Shown: one piece after another, positions 6,828 to 16,242 of the stretch
How the letters are laid out: each line of letters starts with the position of its first letter
Position numbering within the stretch: the first letter of the stretch is position 1
IMG/VR virus record: IMGVR_UViG_3300017934_000005
Span: 1 to 64,000 of that record
From: a virus
DNA length: 64,000 bases
Reading direction: 5' to 3' (one strand)
Notes under the pieces: model-generated
Seen by the model: the letters and a program-made list of their open reading frames with translations, nothing else
Databases searched by the model: none
Told to the model about the DNA's origin: nothing
Position numbers and translations under genes: made by a program

Positions 6828-7520
6828 ATGATTCTAGCAGATTGGGGCGCAAACGGCGTCAATCCTTCGAAGATTGCAACGTCCGGTACAAGCGCAGTTT
6901 ATTTTCCTCGCTTGATTTTTCAGGCTCTTCAGAATGGTCAAGCAGGCGGCCCTACTGGATTCCCTGGATTGCAGGCTCCAGTTACACCGACTTCGGCGAA
7001 TGCTTCCGGTCAGTTGCTTTTGACCGGTTCTCAGTACTTCAATGCTGTGAATGGCCAGGGTTTGCGAATGATTGCGTCCGGTTCTGTTTACACGGCTGCA
7101 TCTCAGACCGTGACTGTATTAGTCCAGATTAACACAGGCAGCGCCGGAACGCCTTCGTATACCACTTTTGCGACCACTGGTGCCCAGACTGTAAACGGTC
7201 GAGCATCTTGGATTCTCAAGGCGGATTTCACCGTTGCTGGTAATCCGTCAAACACGGGTGATGTGGCAACAGCCGGCTATCAGCTTAACTCTGGTTCCCC
7301 TGCTCCAGTTATTCAGGGTCAGTTGAGCGGTTGGTATGGTGCTGCTATCAATGGTACAACTCTAGCTGCAGCCTTGACAGTAATTCCGGCTACGACAAAC
7401 CCTGTTGTTCTAGGTCCCGCACCACTGAACACGAGTGGTTTGGTGGTTAGCGTTGCGTTCGGCACCGGTACAGCCGGTAACGTTGCGACATTGAACCAGT
7501 TTGCAATACTTGGCGACTAA
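6828..7520 (+). CDS. Probable virion structural/decoration protein
   Basis: AAGGAG SD before ATG6828; Gly/Ala/Thr/Ser-rich beta-type composition with few charged residues. Confidence 0.65.
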   Translation: MILADWGANGVNPSKIATSGTSAVYFPRLIFQALQNGQAGGPTGFPGLQAPVTPTSANASGQLLLTGSQYFNAVNGQGLRMIASGSVYTAASQTVTVLVQINTGSAGTPSYTTFATTGAQTVNGRASWILKADFTVAGNPSNTGDVATAGYQLNSGSPAPVIQGQLSGWYGAAINGTTLAAALTVIPATTNPVVLGPAPLNTSGLVVSVAFGTGTAGNVATLNQFAILGD

Positions 7521-7538
7521 TCTCGCCTAAAGAGTTTT

Positions 7539-7572
7539 GGGGCGGTCTCTGAAAATCGCCCCTTTTACTTTT
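7539..7572 (+). terminator. Rho-independent terminator
   Basis: GGGGCGGT/ATCGCCCC stem plus T-tract. Confidence 0.75.
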
Positions 7573-7586
7573 CAAAAGGTCGTCCC

Positions 7587-7889
7587 ATGAGCGCGAGTTT
7601 GAGTTTCATTCCTGAAACCCCTGAACAGTTCCAGTTATGGATGGTTCAGCAAGTGGGGGAAATTCATACGTCTAATGCAGCAATTCTTGGAAAGATAGAC
7701 ACTGCGTTAGCGAATCACGATGCTTTGGAAAAGCGTGTTGGTAATATTGAAGATGATGCTAAGGATGCTCGTAAGTGGGAGAACATCAAATTTGCTGGTG
7801 CAGGTTTTGTTCAGGCCGCAGTGATCTGGTTCAAGCATAGCGCTACGATTAAGGCTCCAGCAATAGCGGCTATGTTCCGGTGGATTTAA
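7587..7889 (+). CDS. Coiled-coil plus TM protein (holin/haemolysin-like)
   Basis: Coiled coil (LEKRVGNIE) followed by a hydrophobic C-terminus. Confidence 0.5.
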   Translation: MSASLSFIPETPEQFQLWMVQQVGEIHTSNAAILGKIDTALANHDALEKRVGNIEDDAKDARKWENIKFAGAGFVQAAVIWFKHSATIKAPAIAAMFRWI

Positions 7890-7890
7890 A

Positions 7891-8115
7891 ATGGCAGAGT
7901 GGAATGCACCCGGTCTTCCGCCTTATTCTCGCTATGGAGAGAAGGTGCCGAAAGGCGGTTCCAATTGTAAAAATTGCGAGTACCTAGCGGATAACAAGAA
8001 GGATTGTACTAACAAAGATTTTATCGCTTGGAATCACGGACCTGAGATTCCAGGTAAGATAGACGAATATTGCAGTATCTGGTGGGAAAATGGCGAAGGA
8101 CGAAAAGAAAGATAA
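7891..8115 (+). CDS. Cys-rich small protein (HiPIP-like spacing)
   Basis: CKNC...C...YCSIW. Confidence 0.55.
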   Translation: MAEWNAPGLPPYSRYGEKVPKGGSNCKNCEYLADNKKDCTNKDFIAWNHGPEIPGKIDEYCSIWWENGEGRKER

Positions 8116-8401
8116 GAAAGAGAAGAAGGAATTGAAACATTCCAAAACCAATGGCTATCATCGCACTGAGATAGAGCATCATGAGGATGGCAGCCATAGC
8201 ATAGCCCATCATCACGAAGACGGTTCAGTGAAGAAATATGCTCGCCCAGACCATGATGCGGCTATGGATGGGTTAATGGAAAATCTTTCGGGACCCGGTC
8301 CCGAGGAGCTAGACGCTCAAGCTGGTAAGCATGGTGTGCCGGCCGACCTTGCCAAGAAAGCTGGATTGCCGGAAGACTCCGGTTCATCTCAGATGGAGTA
8401 A
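8090..8401 (+). CDS. His-rich hypothetical protein
   Basis: Repeated HHEDGS; overlaps the upstream gene. Confidence 0.65.
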   Translation: MAKDEKKDKKEKKELKHSKTNGYHRTEIEHHEDGSHSIAHHHEDGSVKKYARPDHDAAMDGLMENLSGPGPEELDAQAGKHGVPADLAKKAGLPEDSGSSQME

Positions 8402-8403
8402 TT

Positions 8404-8580
8404 ATGGCGTCCAAATATCGAGCCCTGTACGGTCTTCGTAAGGGCCAGTTGCATCAGGCAACCGGAAATAGTGGTGAGATTCCTCAGAAACACATTGATG
8501 CAGCCATGAAGTCTTTGAATGAACATGTCAAGGCCATGGCTGAGCTTGCTAACGAGCATCGAAAGTCACAGACCAAATGA
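8404..8580 (+). CDS. Hypothetical protein (58 aa)
   Basis: GGAG SD, ATG8404-TGA8580, ATGA-coupled to the next ORF. Confidence 0.6.
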   Translation: MASKYRALYGLRKGQLHQATGNSGEIPQKHIDAAMKSLNEHVKAMAELANEHRKSQTK

Positions 8581-8789
8581 GCATAAATTTCCAATCAATT
8601 CTTGATACCTTGATCAACAAGTTTCACATCGTTCTTGGTACAGGCGCTCAGGCAGCAATCTTCATTTACCATTTCAAGACTGGTCACGATATTGGCACAG
8701 GTGTTCAGAACACGGTTTACGCCTACTATGCTTTTCTAGCCGGCCATGCCTACACTTATCAAAAGTGGCCGGATAACCCAACAAGTTAA
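8577..8789 (+). CDS. Small two-helix membrane protein (holin candidate)
   Basis: 70 aa, two hydrophobic segments. Confidence 0.45.
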   Translation: MSINFQSILDTLINKFHIVLGTGAQAAIFIYHFKTGHDIGTGVQNTVYAYYAFLAGHAYTYQKWPDNPTS

Positions 8790-8883
8790 AAAGATTGACG
8801 CTCATAAGGGAGAGAACATCGCAGAAGGCCGATGTCCCGAAACCCCGTGGGTAGCGTCCTAGCCTTCACCCTTCCGAGGAGTT

Positions 8884-9525
8884 ATGAAACACATCGGTAT
8901 GCCTGTCGCATATTTTATTCGTCACGGAGAGACAGAAGGAAACGTAGAGGATGTTTTCCGAGGCGATATAGATTACCCTCTTAATAAAGAAGGTCAGGAA
9001 CAGGCGCAGAAGTTGGTTAAGTTTTTTCGTCGAGACCGATTTAGTAAGATTTATAGCAGTGATCGAAAGCGAGTATTGCAGACTCTTGAGCCCTTGGCCA
9101 AGAGTAAGAGAATGAAGATCACTAAGGTCAATAATCTTGAATCACTGAATACTGGTGATTTTTCAGGTTTGCCTAAATCGGATGAAAATCTAAAACGGAT
9201 AAAGTGGTACAACAAACATCCAGACATTCAAATCCCCGGTGGTGAAAGCGTTCAGGCGTTTCGGGATCGAGTTGATCCTATGCTTGAATCGATTTGTAAA
9301 CAGGGTGAGGAAGCTGGTATTCCGGTCGCTGTTGGTTGTCACGGCTCAATTCTGAAAGAACTTTTTCGTTGGGTGTACGGCAAGATTGAGGCCAAAGCCC
9401 GAGTCGAACCAGGCGGAGTTGTGGCCGTACTGAAGGGTTCTCAGGGATACGAGTGCATTCCGATTCTCGGGGCAAAGGATAAGGAAGATTATCAAGAGAT
9501 GAATTCTGATGAGAACGGGAGCTAA
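8884..9525 (+). CDS. Histidine phosphatase (phosphoglycerate mutase superfamily)
   Basis: RHGET, YSSDRKR, PGGES and GCHG motifs. Confidence 0.9.
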   Translation: MKHIGMPVAYFIRHGETEGNVEDVFRGDIDYPLNKEGQEQAQKLVKFFRRDRFSKIYSSDRKRVLQTLEPLAKSKRMKITKVNNLESLNTGDFSGLPKSDENLKRIKWYNKHPDIQIPGGESVQAFRDRVDPMLESICKQGEEAGIPVAVGCHGSILKELFRWVYGKIEAKARVEPGGVVAVLKGSQGYECIPILGAKDKEDYQEMNSDENGS

Positions 9526-9527
9526 TA

Positions 9528-9746
9528 ATGGCAGATGATATCACAGAAGCAAAACGAGAGGCGGAAGTAGCGCTTCGTCCCGGTAAGACAGCGCCTATTC
9601 CGGTACCTGCTCCGCTTCAGCATGAGTTTTCAAAAGCAAGTTATTCTCTGGCAGCATCGAAGAAAGAGAAAGAAAAGCCGAAGTCAGAGATGGAAAAGTC
9701 TTTGGAATGGACCGCACAGCAGCGAAAGGTTGCTGAGCAACAATAA
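9528..9746 (+). CDS. Hypothetical protein
   Basis: Tightly packed between the phosphatase and terminase genes, GGAG SD. Confidence 0.6.
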   Translation: MADDITEAKREAEVALRPGKTAPIPVPAPLQHEFSKASYSLAASKKEKEKPKSEMEKSLEWTAQQRKVAEQQ

Positions 9747-9752
9747 ATAGTC

Positions 9753-12224
9753 GTGGAGTCCATAATGGTGGACCAGGAAAAGGAATATCCGATAATCAAG
9801 TGCGCGGGCTACGATGAGGAAGATGGCCATCATGACTGCGCTACGATGATTGAGAAGAAAGCCTGGAACACCGAGCGTTGTTCGGATTGCGCTGTTAAAA
9901 ACAAGCGGTTTGAGTCTCGGGAATCCGGGAAAAGAAGACACCAGAGAAAGGCTGAGCAGAGTGTTGATACGTCTGGTCTAAGTAAGAAAAAAGCTTATAG
10001 AGCAATGGAAGACCTTGGTATCAAGACTGAAGTCATCCAGGGTATTCTTTGGAATCAGGCCAATGTTATCGCTTCGCTTTTTAAGTTGGATGAGCCGACA
10101 ATTGCATTTTTTGAGCACGGTCCTCATCTTCTGATGGAGATGCGGCACCGGCTGGAAACCGATGCTAAGACCGCTACAGTTCAAGCGATTAAGTTAAATG
10201 GCATTCGGTCTATAGAAGATTTCTCTCGAAATCATGTTGTGCCTAGAGGAGAGTTGATAACTCTGGTTGAGCTTTACGCGCTCTGGGCATTTTTCACTGG
10301 TTTTTACCAGGTCTACGAAAAGAACATTGTACCAACTATGCAATCGTTTAAGGGCTTTCTTCGACTTCGGCACGATTGCAAAACGGATGTATTAGCGTTA
10401 GGCACTGTTCTAGGCAAAAACTTCCAGCCAACTCCGCATGGAGATTGGGCTAATTTTCTTCCTCATTTCGATCCAGATTCACTTCAGCCAGGATACACAG
10501 AAAAAGATGTTGAGTCCTGGCTCGCTCAGCAAAGTTCCAAAGATAACGGCTTGATTCGTGATTACTTGTTGATGTGTGCAAGAAATCACTACAAGACAAC
10601 TTTTTCTATTGCGTGGTCTCTTACTGCCGTTTTGTGTTGTCCAGACATTCGTATTCTTTTGTGCTCTGTCACGAAAGACATGTCGAAGAAATTCATGACT
10701 CTGTTTCAGTCATATTGGAAGTGGAGTCCAGACCCCGCTCTTGAAAAGTTTCAGCATCTGTTCCCAGAGTACATGATTAAGCCGGGAGACGGACAAGCGG
10801 CTATTTTTATATCGCCTATGAGTCATATGACTCGTGTTGATAAGACTGCTCAGATCACCAGTTTGGAAACCGGTGATACGGGGTCTCGTTTTGACCTGAT
10901 GTTGGGTGATGACGCTATTGATGAGGATGGTTCTAGGAATCCAGATCAGCGCGAAAAGGCGATGGCAAGTTACGATGAAAAATGCCGGTTTCGAGAAGCT
11001 GGTGTTGGATTCGTAATCACTATTGGTACACCTAAACATCCCGACGATTTGTACGCTGAGTTAGTAAAGCGTGCTCAGTTAGGTGATAAGATCGCGGTAC
11101 ACATTTCTCCTGCCTGGACTGTTAAAAGCCCCTGGCGAGAATTGATGGCTCTTCCAAAGAATAGTCCGCATCGTTTGGATATCCATGATTTGAAAGAAGA
11201 GATGGTTGATGTACTTTTTCCTGGTCGGTCTAAAGCCGAGTCAACTTTCTCATGGTTGATGAGTGAATTAGGAAGCACTCCGCGTAAGGAGCGGACATTT
11301 CGGTCTGAGTACTTGATCGAGTGGATTTCCAGTGATGTTGATGAAGTTTTAAACTTCAATGAAAACCGTCTCCGGGAAGCAGTCATACCATTGTCTGCTT
11401 TGCCGGAGATGAGTACTGACACAATCCTTTGTGTTGATACCGCTAGATCGCAATCTCGTTATGCTGATAATTCGGCGATAACAGCTTTGCGATTGGTGAG
11501 AATGAGTGGTTGCTGGGTTCTGATTGTTCTGCACCAGGAAGCAGGCAAGTGGAATGCCGAGGATAAGGCTGGAGTTATTGCCCGATTCTTTTGTGCCTAC
11601 AATCCTCGAATAATTTTGATTGAGGCTCCTGCTGATTTGGATTTCTTGAAGCAGAAGATCGAGCTTCAATTCCTGAAGCAGAATCTTGGTTATCCTCCTG
11701 TTTATTGGTTACCGGTTGATAATACCAAAGACGCCAAGTTTAATCGAGTTAAGGCGTGTGCAGACCTACTTCCCGATCAGTTGAGATTTGTCATTGGTCC
11801 ATATATCGAAGACTTGTTTTCTGAAGCTGCGAAGCTGGATGGCAAGGGAACCAAGATGACTTCCCGAAATGATCGTTGGGACAGCATCAGTTTGGGAGTT
11901 CGTTTCTGGAAAGACTTTCTGATTCAGGTTTCTAAAACTGAGGAACAGATCGAGGCTGAGCGTCAGGCAGAGGAAACCGCTCCTGGACGATCACATTGGT
12001 ATGATCATTTGTTTCGGCGTAACAGTCTTTTTGATTCTGACCAACCCGATAAAAGCAATTGGGAAGGTCGATCCATGCATCAGGAATATTCTCAGACCGG
12101 GCAGATAGTGCGTCCTGGTCCTGAAGCAGAGCCGGAACCTGTTGGGCCGGCTAACCCTCGCGGGGCGGTTATGCAAGAAGCAGTGCGGAAGATATTTGGG
12201 AGTGGTTCTCCATATCGAGTCTAA
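9753..12224 (+). CDS. terL: Terminase large subunit with long N-terminal extension
   Basis: Walker A-like ARNHYKTT, Walker B LMLGDD, motif III ITIGT, RNase H-like CVDTA and DRWDS; immediately upstream of the portal. Confidence 0.88.
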   Translation: MESIMVDQEKEYPIIKCAGYDEEDGHHDCATMIEKKAWNTERCSDCAVKNKRFESRESGKRRHQRKAEQSVDTSGLSKKKAYRAMEDLGIKTEVIQGILWNQANVIASLFKLDEPTIAFFEHGPHLLMEMRHRLETDAKTATVQAIKLNGIRSIEDFSRNHVVPRGELITLVELYALWAFFTGFYQVYEKNIVPTMQSFKGFLRLRHDCKTDVLALGTVLGKNFQPTPHGDWANFLPHFDPDSLQPGYTEKDVESWLAQQSSKDNGLIRDYLLMCARNHYKTTFSIAWSLTAVLCCPDIRILLCSVTKDMSKKFMTLFQSYWKWSPDPALEKFQHLFPEYMIKPGDGQAAIFISPMSHMTRVDKTAQITSLETGDTGSRFDLMLGDDAIDEDGSRNPDQREKAMASYDEKCRFREAGVGFVITIGTPKHPDDLYAELVKRAQLGDKIAVHISPAWTVKSPWRELMALPKNSPHRLDIHDLKEEMVDVLFPGRSKAESTFSWLMSELGSTPRKERTFRSEYLIEWISSDVDEVLNFNENRLREAVIPLSALPEMSTDTILCVDTARSQSRYADNSAITALRLVRMSGCWVLIVLHQEAGKWNAEDKAGVIARFFCAYNPRIILIEAPADLDFLKQKIELQFLKQNLGYPPVYWLPVDNTKDAKFNRVKACADLLPDQLRFVIGPYIEDLFSEAAKLDGKGTKMTSRNDRWDSISLGVRFWKDFLIQVSKTEEQIEAERQAEETAPGRSHWYDHLFRRNSLFDSDQPDKSNWEGRSMHQEYSQTGQIVRPGPEAEPEPVGPANPRGAVMQEAVRKIFGSGSPYRV

Positions 12225-12227
12225 TTT

Positions 12228-14381
12228 ATGGCGGTAAATGAGAGAGCAGTTATAGAGTCAAGTGAGAGCGCAGCCGCCCTTCAAACTGCGATAGCAGACC
12301 TTCACGTAGAGCCAATCGGAACAATTACTCAAGAAAATATACATGAAGATTCTGAGACCGGAACGATTCAGTTTGATGAACGAGCAGCCGTAAAGCTTGT
12401 TCTTGATGATGCATCTCAGGCCGATAATTTCATTAATATCATGCAGTGGGCTTCTGGCTGGACCCTTGCAGATACGCTTTATCAGTCTCCGGCTTCGACT
12501 TCGGCCTTTGATGGTGGTCAAGTAGCTCAGGCCAATGTTCCGAAGTTCATGATTTCGAATCATATTAATTCCATCATACCAAAGATGATGGAAGGTATCT
12601 TTTACGAGAAACCGCCATTTGAACTTCGTCCTCGTCCCGGTACTGACGCTGATATCATCAACGCTAAGAAGGCGTTGTTTACAACCCAGATGGATATCGC
12701 TAATTTCGAAGTTGAGATTGAGCGAATGATGCTTAGTATGTGTTTGTTTGGTACCGGCATCATGAAATGGGGTTATACCGAGAAGATTGTGAAGGAGAAG
12801 CATTATCAGCGTTTGGCTGAGAGACTTCGAATCACCGGTCCTAACGGTGAAGTCAATTACAAAGATACTCCAGAATCAGACAAGTTTAAAGTGATTCATG
12901 AAGATAAGTTAGTTTCTTATCCATGGATCAAGTTCTGCGATCATCGAACTATTTTGATTGATCCAGGATGCCGAACCGGTGATATCCGAGATGCGAAGTG
13001 GATCATTCACCGCGACTATACTGATTATGACGGTTTGGATGAGCTTCGCGGCGTTCCTGGTTACGATATTCCTTCGAAAGAGCAGTTGAAGTTAATCTTT
13101 ATTAGTAACCCCACATCGGTTGGAACCGATAACATCCCGATGACTATTCCCGAAGGGATGTATGGTTATATCCAACATGCTCTGCCTCGAAACTACAAGA
13201 CAAGCGCAGACCCGATGCAGGTTCCGCTTGAGGTTCTTGAGCGGTGGGACGATGATAAGGTCATTACGATTTTGAGTTGTAATGGTCATAACATTCTGCT
13301 TCGAAACGTGCCAAATCCATATCGTAAGAAGCCGTTTTTGTCCGCAAATTGGCGAGACATACCGGATTGCTTCTACGGTCAGGGTTTGGGGATTTTGTTG
13401 GGCTCCGAGCAATTGGTTGAGCAGGGTGTAACAAATCTTGCTCTCGATCTTTTGGCTTACGGTTTGCAGCCAACTGCGGTTCGAAAGAAGGGTTTCAACA
13501 CACTTACTCAAAATATTCGTTGGCGTCAGGGCGGTATCATTGACGTTGATGAAGACGTTGATAAGGCTTTCAAGTTTTTGACAATGCCGCCCGTTCCATC
13601 AGAGGCTTGGGCTGCGATATCTCAGTCTCAAGCTGCAGGAGCGGCAAATTCCGGCGCTAACGATCAGGTTATTCAGGGTATCGGTTCGGCCGGTGTGAAG
13701 ACAACTGGTATGCGATCTGGTACCGGTGCTGCAGCCGTGGTTCAAGCTAACGCATCGAGACTTGATGGTCCGACAAGCAGAATCATCCGTCAGATATTTG
13801 AGCCTTGGCTTGCGATCATGGATGATCTAGATAATGACTTGCTTCCTACACAAGTTTTGCGAGATGTCCTTGGTGATAAACTCGGCCAGGATGTGAAGAA
13901 CAGTATTGACCACATCCAATTCCGAGAAGCGAGAATGGAATATGAAGTCTTGGCCGGCGCAAAGCTCGGTGCCAAGAAGGAAATGGCTCAGTTCTTGCCA
14001 GTCATGATCCAGTTGATGACGGCTCCAGCATTTAACCAAGGTATTTCAGAAGCTGGTTACATGTGGGACCCAGTAGCAATCTTCAACCAGTTCGCAGCAG
14101 CAGCCGGATGGCGTTATGCCCAGAAGTTCCTGCGAAAGATGACGAGGGAGGAGATTGCACGTCGAGATGCTAATTCGCCGGCAGCGATGGCGGGTAGACA
14201 GCAACAGGCGCAACAGCAACAGAACGATCAGAAGTTTAATCAAGATATGGCTAAGATGCAGGCTGAGCAGTTATATCGCGGTAGTAATGAAATTTTGCGG
14301 TCAGCCACTGAAAAATCTCTTGAAGATGAAGTAAGCGGTCAACCCACTACTGAAGGCTTCGGGGCGACCACGGCCCTCTAG
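12228..14381 (+). CDS. Portal protein (podovirus/P22-like)
   Basis: 717 aa after terL; FGTGIMKWG, FYGQGLG and Gln-rich C-terminal barrel. Confidence 0.85.
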   Translation: MAVNERAVIESSESAAALQTAIADLHVEPIGTITQENIHEDSETGTIQFDERAAVKLVLDDASQADNFINIMQWASGWTLADTLYQSPASTSAFDGGQVAQANVPKFMISNHINSIIPKMMEGIFYEKPPFELRPRPGTDADIINAKKALFTTQMDIANFEVEIERMMLSMCLFGTGIMKWGYTEKIVKEKHYQRLAERLRITGPNGEVNYKDTPESDKFKVIHEDKLVSYPWIKFCDHRTILIDPGCRTGDIRDAKWIIHRDYTDYDGLDELRGVPGYDIPSKEQLKLIFISNPTSVGTDNIPMTIPEGMYGYIQHALPRNYKTSADPMQVPLEVLERWDDDKVITILSCNGHNILLRNVPNPYRKKPFLSANWRDIPDCFYGQGLGILLGSEQLVEQGVTNLALDLLAYGLQPTAVRKKGFNTLTQNIRWRQGGIIDVDEDVDKAFKFLTMPPVPSEAWAAISQSQAAGAANSGANDQVIQGIGSAGVKTTGMRSGTGAAAVVQANASRLDGPTSRIIRQIFEPWLAIMDDLDNDLLPTQVLRDVLGDKLGQDVKNSIDHIQFREARMEYEVLAGAKLGAKKEMAQFLPVMIQLMTAPAFNQGISEAGYMWDPVAIFNQFAAAAGWRYAQKFLRKMTREEIARRDANSPAAMAGRQQQAQQQQNDQKFNQDMAKMQAEQLYRGSNEILRSATEKSLEDEVSGQPTTEGFGATTAL

Positions 14382-14409
14382 TATTTAATCTAATATCAAG
14401 GAGTACCCA

Positions 14410-14778
14410 ATGGCATCACCTTTACTGCCGGAGTTGTCTCCGCAGAAGCAAGAACTTTTGAGATTGCTTGCCCATCAACCAGGGTTTCAAGTCTTGGTTG
14501 AGTTGTTTGATGCGGCATGTGCATCGTTGAATCAAAGGTTAGTTAAGCTCAATCCAGAAGATAGGGACTATGAACGAAAACTTCGAGACCATCATCTCGA
14601 ATGTAGAGTAGTTAATGAGTTTTGTTCTGCTGTTCTTAAGGCTATTGATTATCACAGTGCTGCCGTGAATGTACGGGAGACTGAAGATAAAGAGTCTGAA
14701 GATCGTTTGATCGAGGCAGCGACACAACTTCTACGGCCAGGGAACCCATTTGGCCAGAAAGTAATCAAATCGGAGTAA
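14410..14778 (+). CDS. Small helical head-module protein
   Basis: AAGGAG SD; lies between portal and scaffold. Confidence 0.65.
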   Translation: MASPLLPELSPQKQELLRLLAHQPGFQVLVELFDAACASLNQRLVKLNPEDRDYERKLRDHHLECRVVNEFCSAVLKAIDYHSAAVNVRETEDKESEDRLIEAATQLLRPGNPFGQKVIKSE

Positions 14779-14784
14779 AATAAA

Positions 14785-16191
14785 ATGGATTTCAATCCAG
14801 CAATTGTTAAAGGAATTCAGAATCTAGTGCAAGACCCTCGACCTTTTAAGGTTGTGGATGGAGTTATTAAAGTTCGTTTTGGTCTAGATCAGAGCGATCC
14901 GTTTGTGCCTATTCGTACTAAAGAAGATGCTTTGAAACTGAACACACAGACTTTGCGTCGTTTGGTTCAAGACCCCGAAACTCGGGAAATTTTGAATAAA
15001 GCGATGCTGGTTGAGAATGCAGAGGCATTAGTTGCAGCCGAGAAAGCTCAGGCCGATGCAGAAGCTGCTCGTATAGCTGAAGATCAGGCTGCAGCCTTGG
15101 CAGCACAGCAAGCGAGTGTAGATCAGGCAACCGCAGCGTTACAGGCTGAAGAAGAGGCGAAGCAGGCTTTGCTTAGAGCAGCAACAGAGCAGCCGGCAGC
15201 CCCGGTGGTTTCAACCTGGCAAGCTGAAGATGATGCACTTCGGGGTATGGGTGTTACAGCCGTTCGAGACCCTCAAGGTATTATCACTCGACTTGTTACC
15301 GATTATCAAGTCACAGATGAGAACGGCAGTGCTGTTGGTCGGCCTACTCATCTTGAGGCACGAAATTGGCCTGAATTATTGGTGAAGCAGCGTGAGGCTC
15401 ATATTCAGGCAACCCGAGCTTTCCAGAGATTGAAGGCTCAAAAACTGAGTTTCAAGACTCAGCCGCAACAGTCAAAAGTTCCTACAGACAAGGAAATGCT
15501 GGAGTCAATTCTAAAGTCTTCCGATCCAACAATGGCTATTGCGGAAGTCAAGAAAGCAACCGAGATAACGCCAGAGAAAGCTGCTAACAGAGCGATAGAA
15601 GACGCTGAAGCAGCTAAGGTGACTTATCTATTCTTGACTAAGCATATGAACGATTTTAATAACTGTGAGGCAAACACTAAGTTGTTAGGTGAATACTTCC
15701 AGGAAAATAACCTGGTTTGGACTCTAGACAACCTAGAGCTTGCTTTCGAGTTTCTGAGAGATACAAACCAATTGGCCCCAGTGCCAGCACGAGTGGTACC
15801 GTCCGTGGAAAATACGGCTCCGGCACCAGCAGCGGCGTCAGCCGCAACTGCTGCCCCAGCAGCAGCAACAGCCGCTCCAGCGGCAGCAGTACCGGCAGCG
15901 TCCGCTCCTCCTGCGGCGTCTGCAACGCCGGCAACTCCAGCGCAACCCGAGAATAAGACCCCAGTTCGGGTTGAACCGAGACCGGGAGTTAACAGTGGCA
16001 TAGTGCCAGGTTCCTCGAATGCTAACCGCATTGTGGATGTCTTGACACAGACTGCAACTGGTCAACTCACAAAACGAGATGTAGCTCAGTGGGATGCAAA
16101 GACCTTGAGAGAACGAATGAAAGACCCGGCATGGCAATCAAAATTAGAAGCTGCCGGCATCAAGGTAATTAAGCGTTTCGGTCAGGGCTAA
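14785..16191 (+). CDS. Probable capsid scaffolding protein
   Basis: Ala/Glu coiled coil and Ala/Pro low-complexity linker; directly upstream of the MCP. Confidence 0.65.
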   Translation: MDFNPAIVKGIQNLVQDPRPFKVVDGVIKVRFGLDQSDPFVPIRTKEDALKLNTQTLRRLVQDPETREILNKAMLVENAEALVAAEKAQADAEAARIAEDQAAALAAQQASVDQATAALQAEEEAKQALLRAATEQPAAPVVSTWQAEDDALRGMGVTAVRDPQGIITRLVTDYQVTDENGSAVGRPTHLEARNWPELLVKQREAHIQATRAFQRLKAQKLSFKTQPQQSKVPTDKEMLESILKSSDPTMAIAEVKKATEITPEKAANRAIEDAEAAKVTYLFLTKHMNDFNNCEANTKLLGEYFQENNLVWTLDNLELAFEFLRDTNQLAPVPARVVPSVENTAPAPAAASAATAAPAAATAAPAAAVPAASAPPAASATPATPAQPENKTPVRVEPRPGVNSGIVPGSSNANRIVDVLTQTATGQLTKRDVAQWDAKTLRERMKDPAWQSKLEAAGIKVIKRFGQG

Positions 16192-16242
16192 TCTCCTCAC
16201 AGCCTCAAGCTGTGCGAACTTTCAGAGGACTAAGAGGATTCT

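Noticed and set aside
8797-8858. Hammerhead ribozyme (CGAAAC present)
   Set aside because: No CUGANGA core
15814-15950. GCN/CCN-rich repeat
   Set aside because: Ordinary Ala/Pro linker within the scaffold ORF, not a DNA repeat element
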